Origin: a bacterium
GTDB lineage: Bacteria; Patescibacteriota; Minisyncoccia; Phycocordibacterales; UBA5272
Assembly: GCA_023267595.1 (NCBI GenBank)
Contig: JAHFNB010000001.1
Coordinates: 8,837-72,836 of the forward strand
DNA: 64,000 bases
Reading direction: 5' to 3'
Shown: positions 50,289 to 60,578 of the stretch, in pieces
Layout of the letters: each line of letters begins with the position of its first letter
How positions within the stretch are numbered: position 1 is the first letter of the stretch
Program-made: the position numbers and the translations under genes
Notes under the pieces: generated by a model
What the model was told of the DNA's origin: nothing
Databases searched by the model: none
The model's input: the letters and a program-made list of their open reading frames with translations, nothing else

Positions 50289-50352
50289 TTATAATTCTTC
50301 GTGATACACTAACGACAACCCGAAAGGGCATTAATTATAACTAATCATCTTT

Positions 50353-50748
50353 ATGAAGATAAATTACGCTCTTATTTCTCGTATACTCATTGCACTACTC
50401 TTTGTGGTTGCAGGAGTGCAAAAAATTATTGGTTTCCAAATGATAGTTGGATATATTGGATCTCTAGGAGTACCTCTCCCTGTTATCGCGACTGCGCTTG
50501 TCATCATTATTGAAGTTCCTGTGGCAATTGCATTCGCGTGGGGATACAGAACATGTATTATGGGTATGATACTCATTGCATTTACCCTTGTTGCAACACT
50601 TCTCGTACACCGAGACTTTGCAGTTGCACCAAATATGGTGATGGCACTTAAAAATATTGCAATTATTGGAGGTATTATGGCAGCAATTATGGCGTGCGAT
50701 TGTGGAAAGTGTCCTATGAGTATGGATAGTGATTCAAAGAAGAAATAA
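50353..50748 (+). CDS. DoxX-family membrane protein
   Basis: RILIALLFVVAGVQKI... 4-TM DoxX pattern. Confidence 0.6.
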   Translation: MKINYALISRILIALLFVVAGVQKIIGFQMIVGYIGSLGVPLPVIATALVIIIEVPVAIAFAWGYRTCIMGMILIAFTLVATLLVHRDFAVAPNMVMALKNIAIIGGIMAAIMACDCGKCPMSMDSDSKKK

Positions 50749-50810
50749 TCTTCTTTCTATTTATACAAAAATAAAACAAGCACCGAAAGGTGCTTGTTTT
50801 ATTTTTTATA

Positions 50811-51875
50811 TTACTTACTTCCTTCTAGAAACTTCAATACCTTTTCGTTGGTAAGTGCCTGATACAAATAATTCTTTGCTCTATGCTCATCTGCATCTTG
50901 AACTGTTGCAAGCAATCGTACTAGTTCTACTTCTATTTCTTCATCTGTTGCAGTTAATTTTTCTGCTTCAGCAATCTTATGTAAAATAAGTTGACTCATT
51001 GCCCGCTTTTCTGCATCTTTTCTCCAGTCAGACTTTATTTCATCTTCTGTTTTCTTTGAATGTGTTAAATATTCTTCCCATGTTCCACCAAAACGAGTGA
51101 CATCTGCTTTCATTTGAGCAAGCATACTTGTTAATTCTCCTTCTATAATTGCCTCTGGCATATCAATAGTTGTCTCTGCAATTAATTTTTCCATAATTGC
51201 TGCACGCTTTTTTTCACGAGCCTTTTGTTCTTTTTCAAGTTTGAGATTTTCTCCTACTTTATTCTTTAAATCTTCAAGATTTTTAAAATCACCACCAAAA
51301 CTTTGTGCAAACTCATCATTTAATTCTGGAAGAGTTACATTTTCATGTGTATGCTCATGCGCGTGGTCATGTCCTTCATGGTTATGATCATGTGCTTCGT
51401 GGTCATGTTGTGTAGCACGACCTTTACGTAACTCTTCTAATACATCTGCAATATCCTTATCGGTTACTTCTATCTTTTCATCATTACCACGTGCATCCTT
51501 CGCAAGTTTTGTATACGCAGGAAGTTTGACTTCAGGCATAACAGGGACCACCATAGTTAGTTCGAGCGGATTTCCTTTTGCAAGTTTTGTAATCGTAACT
51601 TTTGGATCTGTCACAGGAATAATTTTATGATCTGCAATCGCTTTAATATACGCATCACGAAGAGCAATATTAGCCATTTCTTCTAAGATAATCATATCAC
51701 CGTACTTTTTCACAATTGCTTCTTCTGTTGCATTTCCTTTACGGAAACCATCGATCTCAATGTTATTCTTTACTACTTGTAAACCTTTTGCGTGATACCC
51801 TTCGAATTCTTTTTCATCAATGATGATTTTGAATTCTACTTCACCTTTAGGAAGATTTGTTTTTTCAATTTTCAT
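50811..51875 (-). CDS. tig: trigger factor (N- and C-terminal domains; FKBP/PPIase domain absent, His-rich linker)
   Basis: ribosome-binding GFRKGN motif, C-terminal LPELNDEFA... arm; HDHEAHDHNHEGHDHAHEHTHE insert; 354 aa. Confidence 0.75.
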   Translation of the reverse strand: MKIEKTNLPKGEVEFKIIIDEKEFEGYHAKGLQVVKNNIEIDGFRKGNATEEAIVKKYGDMIILEEMANIALRDAYIKAIADHKIIPVTDPKVTITKLAKGNPLELTMVVPVMPEVKLPAYTKLAKDARGNDEKIEVTDKDIADVLEELRKGRATQHDHEAHDHNHEGHDHAHEHTHENVTLPELNDEFAQSFGGDFKNLEDLKNKVGENLKLEKEQKAREKKRAAIMEKLIAETTIDMPEAIIEGELTSMLAQMKADVTRFGGTWEEYLTHSKKTEDEIKSDWRKDAEKRAMSQLILHKIAEAEKLTATDEEIEVELVRLLATVQDADEHRAKNYLYQALTNEKVLKFLEGSK

Positions 51876-51891
51876 ACAGGATTAAAGGTAA

Positions 51892-52422
51892 CTACTTAGT
51901 AAACTCTTTTTTATAAAGTGATAAAGCCTCCTCGATAACTTTCTTTGCATATTCTGCCCCACGAACACCATCTATAGTGACCACTTTATTTTGCAATTTC
52001 TTGTAGTTTTCATAGAAATGAACAACTTCTTTGATAAAGTGAGGATTCACATCTTTAATATCTTGTACATGTGAAAAACGTGGATCACTAACTGGAACAG
52101 AGATAATCTTTGCATCACTATCACCAGAATCAATCATGTCGAGTACTCCAACAGGGCGTACATCAACTAAAACTCCTGATTGTAATGCTTCTGTCGTGAT
52201 TACGATAACATCAAGTGGGTCTCCATCATGCCAATGTGATTGTGGAACAAACCCATAATCAAAAGGAAATGTCTGTGCTGTGTGAGAAACACGATCAAGT
52301 TTAATTAATCCTGTTTCTTTGTCGAGTTCATATTTATTAAGAGATCCTTTACTGATTTCAATAACCGCAGTTATTTCATTTGGAACATTATTTCCTGCAG
52401 TTAATTCGTGAAGTAAATTCAT
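51892..52422 (-). CDS. ppa: inorganic pyrophosphatase (family I)
   Basis: DGDPLDVIVI, active-site Asp cluster. Confidence 0.9.
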   Translation of the reverse strand: MNLLHELTAGNNVPNEITAVIEISKGSLNKYELDKETGLIKLDRVSHTAQTFPFDYGFVPQSHWHDGDPLDVIVITTEALQSGVLVDVRPVGVLDMIDSGDSDAKIISVPVSDPRFSHVQDIKDVNPHFIKEVVHFYENYKKLQNKVVTIDGVRGAEYAKKVIEEALSLYKKEFTK

Positions 52423-52471
52423 AAGGGTAGTTTATAGTGAATAGTTAATAGTTACTAGTGTAATACAATGT

Positions 52472-53788
52472 TTATTTACTTTCCTCTGTAGATTCTACTT
52501 CAGGGATAGTTTCAACTGCATTTTCTATTTCTGTATTCTTCGGAGCAGTATCTTCTGTAACGGTGAGTGCTTCGATTACTTTATCTGCCTGTTCGTCAAT
52601 AGTTTCATCAGTAATACCACTTACCGTTGTAAGAGTTCCTTCTTTATCTACTTCTGCAATCATTTCACCACCAGAGATAATATCAATCTTCCATCCAGTT
52701 AATTTTGCAGCAAGACGAACATTTTGCCCACCTTTTCCAATAGCAAGAGATTGTTCTTGAGCGCTCACAGTTACAGTTGCTTTCTTTTCATCTTCTAATA
52801 ATTCAATAGAAATTACTTTTGCAGGAGAAAGCGCAGTCGCGATAAATCGACGAGCATCCGGTGACCATTCGATCACATCTATCTTTTCACCTGATAATTC
52901 ATCAGTAATAGCAGAGACACGAACACCACGTTGACCGACACATGCACCGATTGGATCAATACGTTCATCATTTGATTTTACTGCAATCTTTGAACGACTT
53001 CCTGGTTCGCGAGCAACTGCCACAATTTCTACAACACCTTGTGCAATTTCTGCACTTTCATTTTTAAAGAGTTCTATCAAGAATTTTGGATGTGTACGTG
53101 ATAGACGAATAGAAAGACCACGGAAGCCTTCTTCTATAGAAAAGAGATATCCTTTGATTCTTTCACCTGGACGAAGACGCTCTGTAGGAATCTGTTCCTC
53201 AAACGGTAAAATTGCCGTTGTACGACCAAGATCGATAAATGCAGTTCCACGTTCAATACGTTGAACAATACCAGAAACAATACTTTCTTCTTTATCTTTG
53301 AATTCACCGACAATTGATTCACGTTCCGCTTCACGAAGTTTCTGTACAATCACTTGCTTTGCAGTTTGTGCTGCGATACGTCCGAAATCATCTTTTGTAT
53401 CAAGTGGAAATACAATTTCCTCACCGAGTTCTGCATTTTTCTTGAGAAGTTTTGCAGTAGTGAGTAAGATATGACGTTCCTCATTGTAACGAGGAAGAAG
53501 TCCTTCTACTTCTTCACCTTCTTTTGATGTAGGTTCATAGACTTCTTCTTCACCTTCAACCGGCATACGTACCGTAGTTTCATCTACAACAATCTTAATC
53601 TGATCAAATGTAGTTTCTCCTGTATCAAAATTAATAGTACAACGAACTATTTGCCCGCGCTTTCCATATTCCTTTTGATAGGCTGCAGCAAGAGACTTTT
53701 CTACTGCATCAACCACTTTTTCATGGCTAATTTTCTTTTCTTGTTCTAATTGCTCAAGGGCAATTTTCAATGCTTTAATATCTAACAT
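52472..53788 (-). CDS. nusA: transcription termination/antitermination factor NusA
   Basis: NusA N-domain (MLDIKALKIALEQLEQEK), S1, two KH; start set at MLDIK because a GC hairpin (53821..53840) lies in the ORF-track extension. Confidence 0.85.
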   Translation of the reverse strand: MLDIKALKIALEQLEQEKKISHEKVVDAVEKSLAAAYQKEYGKRGQIVRCTINFDTGETTFDQIKIVVDETTVRMPVEGEEEVYEPTSKEGEEVEGLLPRYNEERHILLTTAKLLKKNAELGEEIVFPLDTKDDFGRIAAQTAKQVIVQKLREAERESIVGEFKDKEESIVSGIVQRIERGTAFIDLGRTTAILPFEEQIPTERLRPGERIKGYLFSIEEGFRGLSIRLSRTHPKFLIELFKNESAEIAQGVVEIVAVAREPGSRSKIAVKSNDERIDPIGACVGQRGVRVSAITDELSGEKIDVIEWSPDARRFIATALSPAKVISIELLEDEKKATVTVSAQEQSLAIGKGGQNVRLAAKLTGWKIDIISGGEMIAEVDKEGTLTTVSGITDETIDEQADKVIEALTVTEDTAPKNTEIENAVETIPEVESTEESK

Positions 53789-54019
53789 TTCTTTATATAA
53801 TCTAATTTTATAAAAATTCGACCGGCCTTTTGGGGCCGGTTCACAAGACACACATCCGATAACACTTACTATTATATAACATTCTAGAATTTTTGCAAGG
53901 GGTATCCAAAGATACGGTAAAACATTCTACTATATGGACCTTTACTTTCAAGTAGAGTATTTTACCTACGTGTTTACATAATCAAAAGACCAGTATGTAA
54001 GCATGATATAATTTGTACC

Positions 54020-54790
54020 ATGACAAAACGTATTACTCCTCTTATTGTGGGAAATTGGAAAGCAACACCACAAACATTAGATAAGGCTCTCAAGTTTATA
54101 AAAAATCTTGATAAACGTTATAGCAATGTAAAGAAAAAACTTCCTAAGAAGGGATACTATCTCGCGGTACCTGATGTATTTATTTCTAAACTAAGTTCAG
54201 TATCAATACATGGATACATCGGTGCAGAAAATGTATCAGGGATTTCTCTTGGACAAACCACAGGAGCAACAGTTCCTTCTCAATTACTTTCAGGAGGTGC
54301 AACATTTACCCTTATTGGTCACAGTGAAGTGCGAGCGCAAGGAGAAACAAGTGATGAGCGAGCACACAAAGTCGCACTTTCTCTACAATCAAAACTTCTT
54401 ACCATACTCTGTATCGGTGAGCACAAACGTGATAAGGAGGGAAACTATCTTGCTGAATTAGAAGACGATGTGAAGCAATCGCTCTCTCTTGTCTCAAGAA
54501 ATCTTTTTACTAATCTTGTTATTGCATATGAACCTGTATGGGCAATAGGAGGAGACACTCCTGCAACACCACAAGAGTGTTTTGAAGTAGTTATTGCAAT
54601 CAGACGTGCACTTTCATCACTCGTGGGTATTGATTATGCAAAAAAAGTACACGTGCTTTATGGTGGAACCGTTACAAAAGAAAATGCACTATCATTTATA
54701 CAAGATGGGGGGGTAGATGGTCTTCTTATAGGAAGATCTTCTCAAGATGTTTCTTCATTTCTCCATATAATTACTACGTGTCATGGATAG
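54020..54790 (+). CDS. tpiA: triosephosphate isomerase
   Basis: GNWK, IGHSEVR, AYEPVWAIGG, YGGTV. Confidence 0.85.
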   Translation: MTKRITPLIVGNWKATPQTLDKALKFIKNLDKRYSNVKKKLPKKGYYLAVPDVFISKLSSVSIHGYIGAENVSGISLGQTTGATVPSQLLSGGATFTLIGHSEVRAQGETSDERAHKVALSLQSKLLTILCIGEHKRDKEGNYLAELEDDVKQSLSLVSRNLFTNLVIAYEPVWAIGGDTPATPQECFEVVIAIRRALSSLVGIDYAKKVHVLYGGTVTKENALSFIQDGGVDGLLIGRSSQDVSSFLHIITTCHG

Positions 54791-55925
54791 TACTCTACAT
54801 ACTAAATGGAAAGAGTGCGGTGTACCAGATGTACACACTTTAAAAAACAAACATGTCATAGTGCGTGTTGATTGGAATATGCCAATTATTGATGGGGTAA
54901 TAACTGATACAAGTCGCTTTGATGTTACGGTTCCATTTCTTAAAGAATTATCTGTTGCGGGGGCTAAAATAATAATTCTTACTCATTTTGGTGAAAAAGG
55001 AGAAAGTCTACAAGTAATTGCAACTCATGTAATGCGTGCACTTCCTTTTATTTCTTTTATTCCAACACTCGTATTTGAAGATATACAGAAATCTATAAGT
55101 AAATGCAAAGAAGGGGATGGTATTTTGCTTGAAAATGTACGTATGTGGAAAGGGGAAACAGAAAATATACCATCACTTGCTAGATCATTCGCATCACTTG
55201 GAGATGTTTTTATCAATGATGCTTTCTCAGTTTCCCATAGAGAACATGCTAGTGTTGTTGGGATACCTAAATCACTCCTTTCTTATTTTGGTCCTACATT
55301 CATGCGAGAATTAGAACATTTACAAAATGCATTACACCCAGAAAAACCTGCACTTATGATAATTGGTGGCGCAAAAATTGCTACAAAATTACGTCTTATA
55401 GAAAAATATCTTAATCTCGGTGTACAAGTTTTTGTTGGAGGAGCAATGGTTCATACTATTTGGAAAGCACGAGGTATAGAAATTGGAAAAAGTTTATACG
55501 ATGAGACACAAAACCTTTCAGAAACATTTATTCATCATCCTTTATTACTCACACCATCTGATGTCATTCTTTCCAACGGAAATCGTGTACTCTACCATGC
55601 AATTCCTAAGGATGGAGTTGTTGTCGATTGTGGCAGTGAGACTACAGAAGCACTAGCAACCATCATACATAATGCTAAAACTGTTATCTTTAATGGCCCC
55701 CTTGGACTTTATGAAAAGGGATGGCTTCATGGAAGTGAACATATTCTTACAACATTAGCACATACAGAAGATATTACTTCATATATAGGTGGTGGAGATA
55801 CTGTTTCTATTGCTCATTCACTGCATCTTCTCAAAAAGTTCACCTTTGTCTCACTAGGAGGGGGAGCGATGCTTGACTTCCTCGCCTCTGGTACACTGCC
55901 TGGTATAGATGCTGTCACAAAATAA
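54783..55925 (+). CDS. pgk: phosphoglycerate kinase
   Basis: RVDWNMPI N-domain, C-terminal nucleotide-binding motifs; overlaps tpiA by 8 nt. Confidence 0.9.
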   Translation: MDSTLHTKWKECGVPDVHTLKNKHVIVRVDWNMPIIDGVITDTSRFDVTVPFLKELSVAGAKIIILTHFGEKGESLQVIATHVMRALPFISFIPTLVFEDIQKSISKCKEGDGILLENVRMWKGETENIPSLARSFASLGDVFINDAFSVSHREHASVVGIPKSLLSYFGPTFMRELEHLQNALHPEKPALMIIGGAKIATKLRLIEKYLNLGVQVFVGGAMVHTIWKARGIEIGKSLYDETQNLSETFIHHPLLLTPSDVILSNGNRVLYHAIPKDGVVVDCGSETTEALATIIHNAKTVIFNGPLGLYEKGWLHGSEHILTTLAHTEDITSYIGGGDTVSIAHSLHLLKKFTFVSLGGGAMLDFLASGTLPGIDAVTK

Positions 55926-56496
55926 CAACTCGCCTGTTATACAAGGTGTGGGGGAAGATGCAGAAACATTACAGAGGTTACTTATTTCCGCAAAACGTGG
56001 AGATACAAAAGCCTTTGGAGATGTATATACTCGTCTCTTCACTCCACTGTATCGCTACGTTCTCTCACGGTGTCATAGTAAAGAGATAACAGAAGATATA
56101 TGTCAACAGACTTTTCTTAATTTCTATGAAGCACTTGCTTCCTATAAACCAGAAAAGCATCCTCTTGCATATCTCTTTACTATAGCAAGGCGCTTACTCA
56201 TCAATCATCATCAAAAAAACAAATCAGTTTCTTTTGATGAAACTATCCTTGAAACAGTACACGATGAATCTGTTGATATTATAGAGGAAACTCATATTCA
56301 TCTCCTTGCTCATCATGTAATGACACACATAGCATCACTAACAGAAGATGAGCAAGAAGTAATTCGTCTCTACTACTTTGGAGAATTAACGTATGATGAA
56401 ATTGCTACCACTCTTACAACAAGTAATGCAAACATTCGAAAAATAAAAGAACGTGCACTCAAAAAATTACGCGTTCTTTACACACAAAATCCATGA
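55909..56496 (+). CDS. ECF-type RNA polymerase sigma factor
   Basis: sigma-70 region 2 (YRYVLSRCHSKEITEDICQQTFL) and region 4 HTH (LTYDEIATTL...IRKIKERAL). Confidence 0.75.
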   Translation: MLSQNNNSPVIQGVGEDAETLQRLLISAKRGDTKAFGDVYTRLFTPLYRYVLSRCHSKEITEDICQQTFLNFYEALASYKPEKHPLAYLFTIARRLLINHHQKNKSVSFDETILETVHDESVDIIEETHIHLLAHHVMTHIASLTEDEQEVIRLYYFGELTYDEIATTLTTSNANIRKIKERALKKLRVLYTQNP

Positions 56497-56828
56497 ACAC
56501 TATAAGTACTAACACAATAGAAAAGATTCTATCCACGTATAAGGAGACCGTGTCGCCGTCACAAGGTATGCTTATAAACATTCTTAATCAAATACCAGAG
56601 AAAGAATCCAACCGTACCCGACGTGCGATACGCTCCCCCTATATGTGGCTTGCCATCACACAATACACGGCATTATGTCTTATGCTACTTATAGTCTCAC
56701 CAACCATTACTGTATTTACAAGCAATGAAAATAGTTTTGCAACCATTGATAGAGAAGTCGATGCATTTGAAGCGGGGATAAATAGAGAAGATGCTTACAA
56801 TATGTTGGTAAACTATAATAACTTATAA
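56493..56828 (+). CDS. putative single-pass anti-sigma factor
   Basis: 4-nt overlap with sigma gene; one TM helix (MWLAITQYTALCLMLLIVSPTI). Confidence 0.4.
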   Translation: MNTISTNTIEKILSTYKETVSPSQGMLINILNQIPEKESNRTRRAIRSPYMWLAITQYTALCLMLLIVSPTITVFTSNENSFATIDREVDAFEAGINREDAYNMLVNYNNL

Positions 56829-56845
56829 AATAAAATCTAAAAACT

Positions 56846-57379
56846 ATGAACAAAAAATTACTCATTTCAACACTTGCAATTATGTCGCTTATTCCTAGTC
56901 TTACATTTGCACAAGATGTAACAACACAGGCAACAACAACTGTAAGTACTGCAACATCAACTGCTGCACAAGTATTTACAACATGTTCACAAAAAGCAAT
57001 CGAGGTACGTGATACCGCGATAGCAACTGCACGAACCGTGTACAATACAACAATGAGTGCCGCATTATCTACTCGTAAAGAAGGAGAAAAAGCAGCAATC
57101 GCATTATCTGATACTACTGCAAAGAAAGTAGCAATGAAAGCGACAATGGAAGCCTATAAAACTACTGTAAAACAAGCCCAGGAAACTCTTTCAAAGACAC
57201 GTAAAACTATCTGGGCACAATTTGAAATAGATGCAAAAGCATGTCGTGATGCTAAGAAAGCAGCACAAGATAAACTCGTAGCCGACAAAAAATTAGAAGC
57301 AGAAAAGAGAAAGAAAGAAGCAAAAACTCTTGTAGAAAAGAAGAAAATAGAGGAAAGTAGGGGAAAAAATGAAAACTAA
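56846..57379 (+). CDS. secreted Ala/Thr/Lys-rich helical protein
   Basis: signal peptide MNKKLLISTLAIMSLIPSLTFA; low-complexity helical/coiled-coil remainder. Confidence 0.4.
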   Translation: MNKKLLISTLAIMSLIPSLTFAQDVTTQATTTVSTATSTAAQVFTTCSQKAIEVRDTAIATARTVYNTTMSAALSTRKEGEKAAIALSDTTAKKVAMKATMEAYKTTVKQAQETLSKTRKTIWAQFEIDAKACRDAKKAAQDKLVADKKLEAEKRKKEAKTLVEKKKIEESRGKNEN

Positions 57380-57393
57380 CATTTTTTAAAATA

Positions 57394-57422
57394 AATAAGC
57401 GATGCTTACAGCATCGCTTATT
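57394..57422. terminator. palindromic terminator (aataagcgatgcttacagcatcgcttatt)
   Basis: perfect 12-bp stem; core gcgatgctt.c/tagcatcgc shared with 19106..19130. Confidence 0.55.
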
Positions 57423-57426
57423 TATT

Positions 57427-58194
57427 TTATATTTTAATGTCAAGTACTACAGGTGCATGATCACTTCCTAAAAAATCATCCAAGATATCTGCGTGTTTAA
57501 TATTTTTTTGCAAAGGTTTGTTGACGAAAAAATAATCTATTCTCCACCCAACATTCCTTTCACGTGAACGAGTCTTCTGATCCCACCAACTATACTTTAT
57601 CTTCTTTGGATGAAGAGTTCTAAAAGAATCCACAAATCCTGCTTCTTCTACTCTATCTACCCATGCACGCTCAATAGGTAAAAATCCTATTTGATTACTA
57701 TTTTCTTTTGGACGTGCCAAATCTATTTCATTATGTGCCACATTTAAATCCCCACAAAAGATAACTTTTCCATATTTTTTTTCAAGTTTCTTTACATGTT
57801 TGAGAAACATATCGTAGTAACGAAGTTTAAATTGAAAATGTTCTTCATCTCGTCCACCATTTGGGAAATATGCTGTTACAAATGCAAAATCCTTAAAACA
57901 AACCGTAAGACACCTTCCTTCAATATCATATTCATCTTTCCCTAGTCCATAATGAACTTCTTCGGGTTTTATTTTTGTATACACAGCAACCCCTGAGTAT
58001 CCCTTTCTTTCTTTCGAAGAATCAAAGTATGAAATATATCCCGAGGGTGCTTTTATTTCATCATTAAGTTGGTCTGGGGTAGACTTGGTCTCTTGGATAC
58101 CAATAATATCTGCATTTTCTTTAAAGATTTTTTCAAGTGCACCTTTTTTGTATGAAGCGCGGATACCATTAACATTCCAAGAAATTAATTTCAT
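57427..58194 (-). CDS. xth: exodeoxyribonuclease III (AP endonuclease, EEP family)
   Basis: MKLISWNVNG, QETK, DLNVAHNEIDL, GSDHAPV; start trimmed from ORF-track 58284. Confidence 0.85.
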   Translation of the reverse strand: MKLISWNVNGIRASYKKGALEKIFKENADIIGIQETKSTPDQLNDEIKAPSGYISYFDSSKERKGYSGVAVYTKIKPEEVHYGLGKDEYDIEGRCLTVCFKDFAFVTAYFPNGGRDEEHFQFKLRYYDMFLKHVKKLEKKYGKVIFCGDLNVAHNEIDLARPKENSNQIGFLPIERAWVDRVEEAGFVDSFRTLHPKKIKYSWWDQKTRSRERNVGWRIDYFFVNKPLQKNIKHADILDDFLGSDHAPVVLDIKI

Positions 58195-58524
58195 ATGTAC
58201 GTATAGTATCAAAATATAAAGAAGGTGTCTTGTTACACCCTCTTTCAAAAACCAGCATATAAAGATATCATTTTTTTCTTCCACAAGGATCAGTCAGACA
58301 CTTTACTCCATAAGGAACATGGCACGTACGTCTTTGACAATATCTCTGAAGAGGTACTTGAGTTAATGGATTCTTTTTGCAACCAAGAGTGGTACAAATA
58401 AGAAATTGTGGATTTTTTATACATGCTGGACAATACTCAAACGCAGACCACAACATAGTGCACCTCCAATCTTTGATTATAAACCTACACCACACATACT
58501 ATACCAACTAATCAGATAAATACA

Positions 58525-59202
58525 CTACTTACCAAAACGACGTTTACGATTTCTATATTCTTCTAGAGCATCACCAAATGATGTAGTATCAAAATCAGGA
58601 AATAATTTTTTCTCAAATATCCACTCTGCGTATGTACTTTGTAGTGGCATAAAGCCTGAGGTTCTGCATTCACCACTGGTACGAATAATAAGGTCTGGAT
58701 TTGGAATGGATAATCGTGTAGTATCCAAAAAATCTTTAAGAGATAATTCTTTGTGGACGAGTAACTGTTCTTCTGCACGTCGTAATTCATCTTCACCCCC
58801 ATAATCAATGGCTAGGGCTACACAAAAATCGGTGTAACCTTTTGTTTCTTCTTCGACAAGAGATATTTTCTGCATAAGTTCATCTCCTAATCTATCTTTT
58901 CGTCCCAAGTGAACAATACGTGTTTTTGCTTTATGTGCTTCTTTATGTATTTCATCGAAACCTTGTGTAATAAGGGATAACAATTCATCCACCTCGTCTT
59001 TTGAACGAGACCAGTTTTCTGTAGAAAAAGCCCAGATGGTAAAGTAAGAAATACCTTGTTCTTTTGCATAAGAAATGAGTTCTTTGATTCGTTCATATCC
59101 TTTAAAATGCCCGAAACTTGCAGGATTTCCATGCTCTTTTGCCCATCTACGATTCCCGTCAGGGATGATAACAACATGATTGGGAACGCTTTTTTCGTTC
59201 AT
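58525..59202 (-). CDS. uppS: isoprenyl transferase (undecaprenyl diphosphate synthase)
   Basis: IIPDGNRRWA, cis-prenyltransferase fold motifs. Confidence 0.9.
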   Translation of the reverse strand: MNEKSVPNHVVIIPDGNRRWAKEHGNPASFGHFKGYERIKELISYAKEQGISYFTIWAFSTENWSRSKDEVDELLSLITQGFDEIHKEAHKAKTRIVHLGRKDRLGDELMQKISLVEEETKGYTDFCVALAIDYGGEDELRRAEEQLLVHKELSLKDFLDTTRLSIPNPDLIIRTSGECRTSGFMPLQSTYAEWIFEKKLFPDFDTTSFGDALEEYRNRKRRFGK

Positions 59203-59249
59203 AGAAATACACTATACCATTATTCGTATACAAAAAGAAAATATATGGT

Positions 59250-60191
59250 CTACTGTTTTTTTCTCTTAGAATGAAACTTTTCAAACTGATCACGAAGAAA
59301 TTTGTTCGTTACATTGGTATATATTTGTGTCGTTGCAATTGAAGAGTGCCCAAGCATCATCTGTACCGTACGAAGATCTGCGCCATTATAAAGTAAATCA
59401 GTTGCAAATGAGTGACGAATGACGTGTGGGGTACACTTTTTTGCAATACCCGCGAGTACAGCATATTTATGTACAATACGTTCAACACTTCGTGGTGTTA
59501 ATCGTACAGACTCTTCTTTTACCATGCGCGAATGTGCACGAGGAGAGTGATCAATAAACATTGCTTCATCAACATCCACACGTGCTTGTAAATATTTTTT
59601 AACTGCATCATGCGCACCACCAGAGACAAACACAACACGTATCTTTCCTCCTTTTCCTCGCACTGAAATCTCTCCTGTATGTAAATCTGTATCTCTATCT
59701 AATGAACATAATTCTGAAACACGTAATCCTGTTGAAAAAAATAATTCTAAGATTGCTTTATCCCGTAAACCAGATACGGTACTACTATCTGGTGCTGATA
59801 GTAAATTGTGTAATTCTTTTTCAGAAATGAGATCAAGTTCACGAGAAGAAGTTTTTGCGAGTTCAATACGCTCAGGATCATAACTCTGAGTGCCACGTCT
59901 TCTCATATATTTAAGAAATGCTCGAAGTGCTATGAGATGATAATTCTGTGTACGTTTGTCTAATGTCTCTTGCGCTTGACCTTTTTTCATAGCACGTGCC
60001 GGATGACGATTCAAATACACTCTATAGTCTCGCATCATCTGTTCAGTAATATCAGTAGGGGAATCCACCTTAATAAACTCTAAGAAACGAGTAAGGTAGT
60101 GATCATAATTTCGCACCGTAAGAGCAGATCTACCTTTTTCTATCTCTATATACTGAAGAAAATCTTGTTTTAAAGAGAAAAGTGAATGCAT
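59250..60191 (-). CDS. tyrosine site-specific recombinase XerC/XerD
   Basis: R..HxxR..Y catalytic set: ...RHSFATDLL...LGHSSIATTQIYTNV. Confidence 0.85.
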   Translation of the reverse strand: MHSLFSLKQDFLQYIEIEKGRSALTVRNYDHYLTRFLEFIKVDSPTDITEQMMRDYRVYLNRHPARAMKKGQAQETLDKRTQNYHLIALRAFLKYMRRRGTQSYDPERIELAKTSSRELDLISEKELHNLLSAPDSSTVSGLRDKAILELFFSTGLRVSELCSLDRDTDLHTGEISVRGKGGKIRVVFVSGGAHDAVKKYLQARVDVDEAMFIDHSPRAHSRMVKEESVRLTPRSVERIVHKYAVLAGIAKKCTPHVIRHSFATDLLYNGADLRTVQMMLGHSSIATTQIYTNVTNKFLRDQFEKFHSKRKKQ

Positions 60192-60314
60192 ATATGTTCA
60201 GTATACATGAATGTCGTACAATATTTATCTACAGAAAACCCTTTCTAGAAAAGGGTAAAGGGGCTTGCAATATAGAATAATCTATGCTATAATATAAGAA
60301 TAGTTAACTACATT

Positions 60315-60578
60315 ATGCTTACCGCACGAAAAAAGGCAACTGCCATTAAAAATGTTCAAATTCATACTAAAGATACAGGTTCTCCTGAAGTTCAGGTCGC
60401 CCTCCTTAGTAAAAAGATCACTGAACTTACTAATCATTTAAAGGAACACAAAAAGGATAACCATTCTCGTCGTGGACTTATTCAAATGGTTGCAGATCGC
60501 CGCAATCACCTTAAATACCTAGAAACTTCTAATAAAAAGCGTTACGATGCTATCGTTAAGAAATTAGGTCTTAAATAA
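60315..60578 (+). CDS. rpsO: 30S ribosomal protein S15
   Basis: KDNHSRRGLIQMVADRRNHLKYL. Confidence 0.9.
   Translation: MLTARKKATAIKNVQIHTKDTGSPEVQVALLSKKITELTNHLKEHKKDNHSRRGLIQMVADRRNHLKYLETSNKKRYDAIVKKLGLK

Noticed and set aside
53789-53851. N-terminal 21-aa extension of the nusA ORF
   Set aside because: It contains a GC hairpin (accggcc-tttt-ggggccggt), and the NusA N-domain aligns from MLDIKALK. The hairpin is probably a leader or regulatory feature.
58195-58284. N-terminal 30-aa extension of the xth ORF
   Set aside because: The conserved ExoIII N-terminus begins at MKLISWNVNG. The extension is hydrophobic, has no homology and would overlap the Cys-rich ORF.
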